From NCBI GenBank assembly GCA_030704615.1, contig CM060734.1, forward strand, positions 17,794,001 to 17,858,000: a DNA stretch of 64,000 bases. The letters run 5' to 3'. Position numbers and translations under genes: made by a program. The notes below the pieces were generated by a model, which did no database searches, had not been told where the DNA came from, and was given only the letters and a program-made list of their open reading frames with translations. The first letter of the stretch is position 1. Each line of letters starts with the position of its first letter. Of this stretch, positions 24,100 through 35,200 are shown in pieces. This DNA comes from Takakia lepidozioides (Eukaryota; Plantae; Bryophyta).

Positions 24100-25260
24100 G
24101 ATCGGATCCTACAACGAGCCAAGAGGTTCAGGTGGGAGGGGACACACCTGCTCCGAGTGTGGGAGGATGGTCGAGTGAGGATTGTGCCTCACCCAACACA
24201 GCGGGCACGGTTAGTGCGCCATGCCCATGAGGAGTTGGGGCATTTTGGGGTGGTGCGACGCACTCATAGTCTACTGCAGGGGCAGTATTGGTGGCGTGGT
24301 ATGCACACAGAGGTGCAACAATTTGTGGCTAGGTGCATGGTGTGTGACAGGGTGCGTGCTTCATTCAACGCCCCTACTCCACAATTGCACCCTCTTCCGA
24401 TCATGGGATTGGGCTACAGGTGGAGTCTTGACTTCGCAGGGCCGTTGCCACTGACCATGCGCCACAACAAGTACGTGTTGGTGATGGTGGAGCACTTCTC
24501 CAAGTGGATTGAATTGGTTCCATTGCCTGATAAGGCTAGTGAGGGAGCTGCGTATGCATTCTTGGATTGTGTGCTTAGCCGATTCGGTGCTCCAGCTGAG
24601 GTACTCACGGACCAAGGGAGAGAGTTCTTGGGGAGTTTCAGGCTTTGTGTGACAAGGCCTTGATAGACCACCGCACCACTTCTCGGGATCATCCTGAGGC
24701 CGATGGCTTGGCAGAGAGAGTTGTTCAGACAGTAAAGAGGGGTTTGCGCAAGTATGGCTTGCAGAAGGGACACCTAGGAGATTGGGACCTTCAGTTACCC
24801 TGGTTAGCCATGGGCTACAGTTCAGCAAGCAAGCATCACTTGCCTCCTTCTCACCATACTTTCTTCTCTTTGGCCGAGAGCCGGATTTGCCTACATCCAT
24901 TCGCAGAGAAGCTACTACAGTTCTTAACCTTGACGATCCGGACGTGTGGGCACGTGCATGTGAGCAGCGTGCAGAGTTGTTCAAGAGAGTCATGCCCATG
25001 GCTTTCGAGAACCTTGCCATTGCACAACACCGTGATACGTTGAGGTATGCTACCATACGTGGTGGGGGCTATCGTCCTGGGGTTCGAGATTCAACCCTGG
25101 TGACTATGTCTATCTGCAGCAGACTGCTCCTACGACCCTGGATGTGACTGCAAGACGTGTTATTTTGAGGGTTCGAGAGGTCTTGCCCTCAGGCGTCTTG
25201 GTCTTGGAGGGTCGGGATGGCATAACTTGGAAGGACCATGTGCGTAATTGTGCGCCATGT
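24100..25260 (+). pseudogene. DDE integrase with HHCC finger
   Basis: HAHEELGH...CMVCD, WSLDFAGP, LTDQGREF, DGLAERVVQTVK. Confidence 0.92.
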
Positions 25261-25319
25261 CACCTTCCGAATGTCGATGGCAAGATTGATTGACCCAAAC
25301 CTGGCAGTGGTATCTGCAG

Positions 25320-25471
25320 GTTTGAGGTGCATGTTGTGTGGGTCTGCTAAAGGGGCAGCCACCATGCTGGTGTGTGATCGATGCTCTAGAGGTTGGCATA
25401 TGGGATGCTTGACTCCACCTCTTGAGATGGTTCCAGATGGGGATTGGTTATGTCCACATTGCATTGGATAG
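25320..25471 (+). CDS. PHD finger at the pol C-terminus
   Basis: CMLCGSAKGAATMLVCDRCSRGWHMGCLTPPLEMVPDGDWLCPHC (C4HC3). Confidence 0.93.
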
Positions 25472-25718
25472 TGGGAGTGGATACAACCATGGAAGGCTAA
25501 CAAGAACACAAGGCCCAGCTACTAGGAGACCTTGAACACACGAGATCCTGGCTCAAGTTCACAGATTGCAAGACGGCGACTAACGATGGGGCTACTCTTG
25601 TACCCGGCCTCTTGGTCTATAGAGTTTGAGTACAATAGGGACAGTGATAGAGGACTTAGTACGTTGTGGCTATTACATCTTGTAGCTATCTGGAGGTAGA
25701 GGGACCTATCCACCAGCT

Positions 25719-25728
25719 AGGGGGGCGA
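25719..25728 (+). promoter_or_regulatory. Polypurine tract
   Basis: AGGGGGGCGA one base before repeat B1. Confidence 0.7.
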
Positions 25729-25729
25729 T

Positions 25730-26256
25730 TGTGGCAGACTACTTTATTGTGCATATATGTGTGGTGTGGTTTGGACAGCGATGTAGTTGTGTAGCGATAT
25801 GTATGCGCACGACAGCTGTCAAGTTAAATAAGCACAGTGTGAAAACAGCTAGAATAAAACTAGTTATTTGTATTTAACACTTGGATTTAGGTCAAGTGTT
25901 AAATCAGGTGTCAAGTTTAGTTTGACACCTGGTCCGTCTTATCTTCACGAGAGCGGCAGTCGCGCGGCTCATCTCTCTCGAGTTGAGCCTGCGCGACCGA
26001 GCTCCTGCATTCTTCAGATCTGAGTGTGCTTATGATGGGAGTGTAGGTTGTTGTGGGGTGGAGTCCCCATAGCTTGGGGTGCCCCTGGCTCGACTATTAT
26101 CTTAAAGAGTGATGTGAGGGATTGCATATCTTTGTGTTGAGAGTGTGTGTCCTTTTCTAGTTTGGTATCATTGTGGCAGACTACTTTATTGTGCATATAT
26201 GTGTGGTGTGGTTTGGACAACGATGTAGTTGTGTAGCAATAGGTATGTGCACGACA
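25730..26256 (+). repeat. B1 (25730-25814), GC, A2 (25817-26170), T, B2 (26172-26256)
   Basis: The 85-bp B repeat TGTGGCAGAC...CACGACA occurs twice, flanking the second copy of A. Confidence 0.93.
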
Positions 26257-29200
26257 GGATTCTTCGACCTCGAAGCTGTTCGTACCAACAATTCCTCCCT
26301 GTCCGACCCAAAGCCCCATTGTTTCCTGCTCAGGAACTTATAGTACGTGGCTTGCTGCATGATTGCTCGGTCGATGTCCTCCGTTGTGGCCATCACTACA
26401 TCCACCAGATGTGCGGCAGAAGACGCTTGCCAGGAGGAGTGGACTGATTCTGCCATATTCGTGTTCGGCATGTCCGTGTCGGAATCCAAGCACCGCTCCT
26501 ACAACGACACAAACAATGGTGAGGGACCAATGGAAGGGCTGTAATAGAAAGACAATTGCACGAAAATGACAGCATTATAACCTCTCACCTCTCCGCATGA
26601 CTGTCCGAACTGTCGATACTGGAATGCCACCACCCCCACCAGCTGTGTAAGGCTCCCAGATGGTTGTCTCCACTGCACCTGACGTGTTCCACCAAGCCTC
26701 GATGATAGCAAACTTAACCTCCGCGTCATCAAATGTGGGTGCATCCTTCCACGCCGTACAAAGGACACGGTGTTCAGCCTGGAATGAGCTAGCAACAAAT
26801 TTGGTCGTGTAGTGAGATAGACTCTGCATCCAATGGAATCCACAGGATCTCTCTTTCCCCTCCATTGGAACATTGGGGTCCTCACCGTACACACGCCGCA
26901 CCACTGCCCAGTTGGCCTGAGCGTTGTCTACCATGAATCTACTGAAATTGGGCTCTGGCAATCCCGCCCTTGCCATCTGCTCCGTTTATGCCCTCCCACA
27001 AATGCATCTCTGACGTGTGTCCTCCCCTTTCATCTCGCAGATTGCAATCGTCATGAGCCTCTTGGAGTGATAGTCATAAACATGCGCACCCATAGTCACC
27101 CACTGATGGTTTGTAATTCGCTTGATGTGATCAAACATCACCCAAGCATTCGACAAGTTTCCAGTTGTCATGCAAGTGACCAAGTCGACTCCACTCCCAG
27201 GCCCACACGTCGACATTTTAAAAATGTAACAGCAATCAGATTTGCTGCCTTGCCCTGGATACCTGCTACCTTGGATGTAGTCATATCCAGTCATTCGTTT
27301 CACCTCCAGGATTGATGCATGTCCGACCCCGGCCGAACTCCTGCTTGCAAGATACGATGTGATTCCGCACATTCGGACTACAAACGTGCGAGACGGACTC
27401 CAACAGGTCAAGCATCTCCTCTTCATTCAAGGGCACTCGGTCTGAACCATCTTCAGACATGATTTTGCCAAGAGCAATCTTGTGGGCTGCCTTCAGCTGA
27501 ATCTGCTTTGGTCTGGCTCCGGGGCTCAATTTCACCTCCTCTTTTATGATGTCGTGTGCTTCCTGCATAGCCTCACGCATGTTGCCTCTCGCTAAGGGGT
27601 GGCAGTGGACCCCAACGTGTATGCAAGCTCTAGTCAAGTCCGGGAGCAAATGGATAACATAATATTGATTGGCTCTGCACATGGACATGCACGTCGGTGG
27701 TTCTTTGCAATGTGCGCACTTGAAAGTTCCCGCAGGAGCTTGGCTGGAGACAATGAATGGATGATGGGTTGTGCCAGTCCAATCCGTCTCGTTTCTCCGC
27801 CCTCCTTTGGAAAGAAAGTGGAAGCAGGCAGGATTGAGGCACCTCAGCTTCCCCGCACAGAGGACGTATCGTACACGAACACCATCAGCAATTTTTGTGC
27901 TACTGGTCTTCGTCATACACCAGGGGTGTCCGTCATGCTTTCGATCCATGTCTGTTAACATCCCTGACGCTTTGTTTGAGGAAGTAACAGGTGGAAACTC
28001 GAAGATGACATTGCCATCGACTTCGGGAGGCAGATACGTTATCTTCCTGACTGGAAATTTGGCATAGTCGAGAGCAGCAAGCTCGGAGTGAGAACCGTTG
28101 AGGTGATGTTGCTGTAGGAGCTGCACAATGGACCGGGTTGGAGTTATGCTCGAGGGTACATGCGTAGCACCTGCAAAGACGTCCATGTCGGATTTGAACG
28201 ACCGTGTGGAGGACATGGGGACCTCAATGCACTCATCTTCCTCGTCGGAAATGTCGAATACGTCCACACGAGAAGCTATGGAGGGTCTTGACAGTCCAGG
28301 TCGGGAATGATTATCGTTGCATACCTCTCTGTTGCAGTGGCCGCCTGTCGGTTTCCGGACTCCTTTGTGGATGGTGTGGGCAGTGACTGATTTGGAAAGG
28401 GAATGGGCATTCCCACAGCTCGGTACAGGATGATGTCTAATGGGGGTACGTGCCATTCGATTCTGCAGCCCTTTACGTGGCACCATCTAACACCTCCTTC
28501 CATGCACATCTCCTCAAATGATTGAACTGTAGATTTCAGAGTACATGAAATCTCAGGGTGGGAGGGTGGGGTTTTTTTTTTTTTAAAGGCCATTCATCAT
28601 TGAAAGAGCCCATCAACCCCCTTGCTTTATACCATTTGCAACAGCTCAGTTGGATCTGAGAGGGCTGCCTGAGAAAGTCTTCAATTCAAAGTCTTCATTT
28701 CATAAGAAAACAATCCTATGCCATGAGCAGTTACGAAATAGTTTCCAACATCAGCTTACATACCTTGTAGGCATGACAGAACACTAGACGTACACATGTG
28801 TTAAGAGCTCGCAAACAAGGTAGGTGTCGAAGAAATCCGTCACAATAGATTCATGCCCTTGAGTCTCAAACAATTGAAGTAAGAATCTTTTCAATGCCTT
28901 ACCCATATGAACTTGTATCAAGTGTCTTTTTGAGCAAAGAGTCATTTGAACATACCAGTTTTGTATGTTATAGACCTTCTTAAGCCTGGATTCGGTTTTC
29001 CAGAACTTAGTAGCATGGACAAGAATCAGATTAACATCATGCATTTACATGATAATATCTGCACTCTAAGATCCATCATCATAGATTCTGCCCTTTAAAG
29101 TTGAGGCTTAAATAGTTATGCAATTTCAAGTCTGGAGATCTAAGCCAGAACAAATGAAGTGGCCCTGCTTACTGCCCCATGACCAGGTTTAAGTCTGGAG

Positions 29201-29940
29201 CTAGACAATGTATCACAACATAGCGATACCAAGGCCATAGCATAACTAAGGCATGCTTAAGAAACCAGACTCAAAACCAGTCTGTAAATGCTTAAAGGAG
29301 CATCAATAGAATGTCTGATTTCTAAAAAGCTCTTCGGATGTGCTGCTCAGCCATTTTTAAGCTACAACAATATAACAAGCACTGTTTACTACCCCATAAA
29401 CACTTCGCAGGTCTGGATATAGTGTTCCAGAACCCTAGCATGTCGTTTTTAGTGCATCACAAGAACTTTCAAAGCATTGCCAAGGTAAAAAATAAAGCCA
29501 AAGGGTCATGAAAACATGTGACAGATCTGACATAGCATAACCAGATCTACATACCCTTTATTGCAGTCTCATTGTAAGGCAGCCACTAGATCATTCTTAC
29601 CTAGCACGACAATGGTCTCGTCAACCTGTCCAGGAACATCCTTCCTTTCTTCTTCCAAATAAACTGTTCCCGGTTTGAGCTTGAATTTGGAACAAAGTTA
29701 AGTTTCAGTCACTCTGCAAAGTCCTCCCTCGTTTGGGATCCAGGCTCTCCCAAGTTGCGGAGGACAACAAACTATAGCGTAGGAATTCGGAGCCATCGAA
29801 GACCGCACGAAGTTGGCAAGTGCGAGGTTCAGTATAGCGACAGACCAAGGCTCTCAGGCACCATGTAAGTGGATCTGCGGAGTCCATCGACGATTGGAAG
29901 TCGCACATTGAAGTTGAAAGTATTGTTTCAAGCTACATGC
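26257..29940 (-). pseudogene. E1 transposase, N-terminal and catalytic part (WRKY/GCM-like finger plus MULE-type DDE)
   Basis: KHDGHPWCMTKTS...CAGKLRCLNPAC...GVHCHP; WVMFDH, FMVDNAQAN, CGFHW (CxxH), NMAESVH; several frameshifts. Confidence 0.87.
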
Positions 29941-30190
29941 ATGAAGGTGGGAGGTGTGATTCCATAGCCAGTAAGTATGACAATGATGGCCAATTCGGCG
30001 ATGCAATAACATCTTCTGATAGTTTCGCCTGAGGGTGGATCCACCAGTATTCTGGGTGCAGACATGAACGTTCACACTGACAAGTGCCAGGACTGTTGGT
30101 AAAAAGGGTCAGACAACCAAGTTGTGCTCATCAAGATAGGCCGCAATTGTGTTGTTTTGGAACAATGCAACCCATTGAGGTTCCGCATGC

Positions 30191-31602
30191 GGAAATGAGG
30201 TTCCGCATTTCCGTCCGGAGTGATACTTTTGATTGCTGTTGGACGGAAATACGGCACCGCATTTCCGTTTTGCATCTTAGTCATGCACCAGTGCGACGGA
30301 AATGCGGCACCGAGTTTCCGTCCGGGGGAAACCTTTATACTCTCCAGAACAGAAATGCGGTGCCGCATTTCCATCCAACAAGCACGGTATGTGAAGGTGG
30401 AACGGAAATGCGGTAACGCATTTCCATTCTGATTGAGAATCATGAACCACGACAACTGAAATGCGGCACCGCATTTCCGTCCGAGTTGCACCTTCCGACA
30501 TACCACAACGGAAATACGGCGCCGCATTTTCGTTTTGTATCTGAGGCATGGAGCTGAGGGACGGAAATGCTGCACCGCATTTCCGTCCGTTTGAGACCTT
30601 CATACTCTCCAGAACGGAAATGCGGCACCGCATTTCCATCCGAGTCGCACCTTCTGACATTCCAGAACGGAAATGCGGCGCCGCATTTCCGTTTTTTATC
30701 TGAGGCATGGAGCCGAGTGACGGAAATGCTGCAGCGCGTTTCCGACCGGTTAAGACCTTCATACTCTCCAGAACGGAAATGCGGTACCGCATTTCCGTTC
30801 TGATTGAGAATTATGAACAACGGGAACTGAAATGCGGCACCGCATTTCCGTCCGAGTCACACCCTCTGACATACCAGAATGGAAATGCGGCGCCGCATTT
30901 CCGTTTTCTATCTCAAGCATGGAGCGGAGGGACGAAAATTTTGCACCGCATTTCCGTCCGTTTGAGACCTTCATACTCTCCAGAACGGAAATGCGGTACC
31001 GCATTTCCGTTCTGACTGAAAATCGTGAACCATCGGAACTGAAATGCGGCACCGCATTTCTGTCCGAGTCGCACCTTCCGACATTCTAGAACGGAAATGC
31101 GGCGCCGCATTTCCGTTTTGTATATGAGGCATGGAGCTGTGGGACGGAAATGCGGCACCGCATTTCCGCTCAGGTGAGACCTTTATACTTTCCCGAACGG
31201 AAATGTGGCACGGCATTTCCGTTCATCAACTAAGGTATGTGAAGGTGGAACGGAAATGCGGTACCGCATTTCCGTTCAGATTGAAAATCATGAACCACGG
31301 GAACTGAAATGTTGTGCCGCATTTCCGTCCGGATCGCACCTTCTGACATTCCAGAATGGAAATGCGACGCCGCATTTCCCTTTTGTATCTCAGGCATGGA
31401 GCTGTGGGACGGAAATGCGGTGCCGCATTTCCATCCATGTGAGACCTTCATACTCTCCAGACCGGAAATGCGGCACCGCATTTCCGTTCAAAAACTAAGG
31501 TTTGTGAAGGTGGAACGGAAATGCGGTGCCGCATTTTCTTCCAACAAGTAGGGTATGTGTAGCGTCGTGATGGTACTTAACGGAAATGCGGCGCCGCATT
31601 TG
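30191..31602. repeat. E1 palindrome array: GGAAATGCGGnnCCGCATTTCC about every 53 bp, about 27 copies
   Basis: Starts at 30245, 30298, 30351, 30404, 30457, 30510 and onward to ~31517; about five recurring 31-bp spacer types. Confidence 0.95.
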
Positions 31603-32289
31603 CATTTTCACTCCAGCTCATCAGACGCTGGGACGGAAATGCCATGATATGTGAACACGTGGAGCAACGGAATTGCGGCACATGTCTGCACTCTATCTGA
31701 CTGAAGTGGCATGAGGCGGCGGGGCCTGACCGTTGGATAATGATGTTTGTTTTTCGGATGGCAGGCGTACCCTGAACGATTCAAATTTTGTAATGACACA
31801 AAGTCCACGAGGAGACACTTTCGTCCATCCCTTTCGAACCCTGGTGGTGCATCACCGCCGTTTCATCTTCTTTTGTCGTGTCTACTTAGTCACCCCTCTC
31901 GCGCCCTTTCCATCTACACTCTTCGCCCCTTTTCCCTGTCTCTGTTCTTCTTATGCTCGAACCTGAGAGGGAGGGAGTGCGTGCACCAGAGAAGGGACAT
32001 CGTCGGAAGCTCTGAAAATTGTACTTCGGACGTAGGCCAATGCCAAAGGGGAGGAAGCAGATGCGTCTAGAGGAGGAGATTGCCATCTCGCAGCATCAGG
32101 GCACGCAGGCAACCCAGCCACCAGTGAGAGCTCCGTGCTATCGGGATTCGCCAGCTGATCGAGCACACAGGTAATTACTTCTACTCTATTCATGACCAGA
32201 GATTGGGTACCCTCATCCACGTCGCAGCGGAAGAGAAACCCCCCTCATTTTTCTTTTGCAATTCTTAGACTGTATGCTAGGAGACTTGA

Positions 32290-35200
32290 ATGCAAAAGAT
32301 GTTTGCATGCCTAACCGGAAAGGTGGACGTGCTGGAGGGATCGCAGGAATCCGAAGAGCCGCAGGCAGAGTCCGTGGAGGTAGCTGCAGCGCGCACACTC
32401 AGCCGATCCACGAGCACGGGTCTTCCTGCCGGGCCTAGCCCTGTGCGTTTCAAGGACGCGGCTTCGAAGGGCAAGTCTTTGCAGTTCAAAGCCCTAGAGA
32501 GCGACTTTCGTTCGAAGGTCATGGAGAATCGCCAGCAAGAGTCTAGCCCTTCTCCAACAAAGACGAAGAAGAAGCAGCCCGTCCTTCAACTTGTTTCTGA
32601 ACCGGACCAGGCCGTTTCCCCCCCACCCAGTCGAATGAAGTAGATTCAATTGCAGCAGATACCTTCACCTGCAAGAATGAGGAAGCAGAAGGCAATCAGG
32701 GGGAGGGCGGAGCAGTCTCCCGCAAAACCGATTCCACGAGCTGAAGTCCAGTTCCTGCTTGATTTCTAGCCTGGAGATGTTGGGGGCGTCTCTGCTGCAG
32801 CGAAGGCAATGGGATCGACCGATTTCGTCGATCTAGTACCGGAGGAGGGTGCTGTCGCTCAACGTTCGCAGCAAGACCTGACCACCGTTGAGGAAGATCT
32901 TCAGAATACTGCAGGCCCGGAGGAGGCCTCTGCAATTGCAGAATTGCCCGCAAAGATTCCCAAGAGTGCAGCTCCAGTTGGGGATGCTCCAGCTGTTTAG
33001 CCCCTACCGCCACCAGCAGAAATGTCTCCGGAGGAATTCCAAAGTGCAGCGGATACAATGTTGGAGGAGACACACAGTAGCATTGGTAGAGTTCTGAGCA
33101 GCAGGGTATTCCAGCGGACTCTTCGAATCCCACTTTGTCGCATGGTCTCCTTTCCCATCGTCAGGCAGGCACTTCCCGGAGATGTGGATAAGCTCAAGTT
33201 CGCATTTCGAGAAGGGTACCGTCTAGGTTCGCCAGCCTTCTACGTTTCCTTTGAGAATGAGGACGGAGAATCTCGTGGACCCACTGCGGATGAATTGTCA
33301 ACATGGGATACCCACTGGCACACTCGCAACGACGAATTCGAGGCAACGCTGAAGGGTGATCCAGACTTCGGCCATATGTCAGGTAAAATGTTCTTTGTGT
33401 GGGACGGGAATCACCGACTTCTTGCCTGGTGGGAGTACATCAAGCAGAACCATGCCAAGCACATTGGCTGGCATTACATGGTGGAGTGTGTCATCCTCAA
33501 GGTGAAGGCGGCAGACTCCTCCCTGCTCAAGAATGCCATGGCGGACCTCAACTCGTAAGATACTCATACCCTCCCAAGCACAGTCGGAATGCGGTGCCGC
33601 ATTTCGGTTTCCAATCTGTTTTGTTTCCGTGCTTTCGTGGACTGAACTGGAGAGTGTGCCTTGCAGGGTCACTGAAAATGCGTACGTGTATACCCACTTG
33701 GCACATATGCTGTACAGGGTGAGGAAAACTGGTCTCACTGATCCGCACATGTTTGCGGAAATGTTGGAGCCCGAGCTCATTCAAAAAGCCGTGGCAAAAA
33801 CTGACCGGACATGGTATCGTCTCACTATGGATGGAATGGTGGAGGTGATATACGAAGTAAGTTGTCCTCCCATTTCCCTCTGCTCATCCTTCCCCAATTT
33901 TCAGCAATCTTTCCACATGAATCGAATGTAACGCTTCTGCATGTTTTTGTTGGCAGTCAAACATCAAGCTGGATTTGGCCCATGCCAAACGCTTCTTCAT
34001 GGAAAGTGAGGGGCAGGTCAAAACGTTGCAGTCATTGACTGAGCACTTGAAGGAAGTCGGGGTCAAGTCCAGAACGAAATATAAGTCAAAGCTTGTGAAG
34101 CTGGTGGCCATTGCAGATCCGGCACTTGGAAAGGACTTCATCCCCGAGATTGCAAAACACTAATCTCGAGCCATGCAGCCGACCATGCAGTTGGAGAAAC
34201 TGCATCACCTCTCAACGGCATGTGTTGAGGCGAAAGAGAAGGTGAGGTTACAATGCACTGAAGTTCCTTCCTAGCAATAGCCACTCTTCTTCCTGCTCTT
34301 GACATTGGATCGGAAATGGCAGACACGGTGGCTGTCGATCTGGAATGCATCGGAGAGTATAAGGACAATGTGGTCTTTTCCACTCGAAGTTTTCGACCCT
34401 GCAGTGGATGTGTGGCTCAACCGCATGACTTGGTGGTTCCAGGTAATTCAAGGTACTTCCCCATATTTCCTTTTCTGAAATGAATTCCCTAAACTGCTAC
34501 GTGACAATGCATGTGGGAATCGCAGATAGTGACGAATGCGAAGGAGCAAGTCGTAATGCATACAAATTCGTTCGACTTGTACGTCAAATGGGATGGAACA
34601 CAGACATTGGAAGACTACGTGACACGTTTCAGATGTGCGTACAAGGACAACCTCTTCGCCAGGGAGCTGCAGACAGCAAGAAGGAGCGTGGAGTTTACAC
34701 ATCAGGAGGGAGCGGGAAAAGCTGCAATGCAAATTGTTTACAGGTGAAGCCCAACTGTCCTTGTATGCGAAGCCTGGTTATGAGGTTTGTTTGGGAAATG
34801 CGGCACCGCATTCGCATTTTAAGTTTTTGGTTGCACTCTGCGAGTACGTTGGTCTCAACTTTTGCTCACGCATGCTGACTGCCCTGCAGATATATGAAAT
34901 ACGTGCTTCTTCAGACAGGGGCCCTAGCTCAAGAGCCCCCGTTCTTCATGCCTTGGACCGTGGCGGGCCCAAGCTGTGTCTACACACCCGAGATGCAGAA
35001 ACAATGGCATGCCGCGCATCTCGTTGGATGCCCGTGGTACCTGGACATGTCTGGCGGAATTGTTGATGAGTCTGAGAAAGATCTGCACACAAAAGCAGAA
35101 GAGAAGAGAAAGGAAAGACGTGTCCCTGCTCGGCCAGAGTCAGCAAAGGAAGCTGCTGCTCTGGAACAATCCAGAAAGGCAGCTGAGATGGCACAGAAGG

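Larger units (their letters stand above)
14008..26256 (+). mobile_element. Gypsy-like retrotransposon with C5-DNA methyltransferase and PHD finger, split-repeat structure A-body-B-A-B
   Basis: Ends TGTC...GACA; TSD GGAT (14004-14007, 26257-26260). Removing it restores the E1 transposase frame (ASRSKNP-LKWATALREKIKGTPL, matching E3 ANRSGDP-IKIARAVSMYAQGTPL). Confidence 0.92.

Noticed and set aside
14008-26256. DIRS/Ngaro tyrosine-recombinase element, suggested by the split repeats
   Set aside because: It encodes a protease and an HHCC-DDE integrase, has TG...CA ends and a TSD, and no tyrosine recombinase was seen.
30072-31551. Many overlapping ORFs with GNAAPHF/KCGTAFP/EMRCRIS peptides (also 37244-38388)
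   Set aside because: Translation artefacts of the palindromic repeat, present in all frames on both strands.
30191-31602. CRISPR array (22-bp palindromic repeat with 31-bp spacers)
   Set aside because: Spacers recur as about five types in higher-order repeats, there are no cas genes, the context is eukaryotic, and the same motif is scattered in introns.
30191-31602. Palindrome as a GCM-domain site (ATGCGG resembles the animal GCM site ATGCGGGT)
   Set aside because: Only the E1 motif resembles it; E3 has a similar GCM-like finger but a different palindrome. Not excluded, but unsupported.
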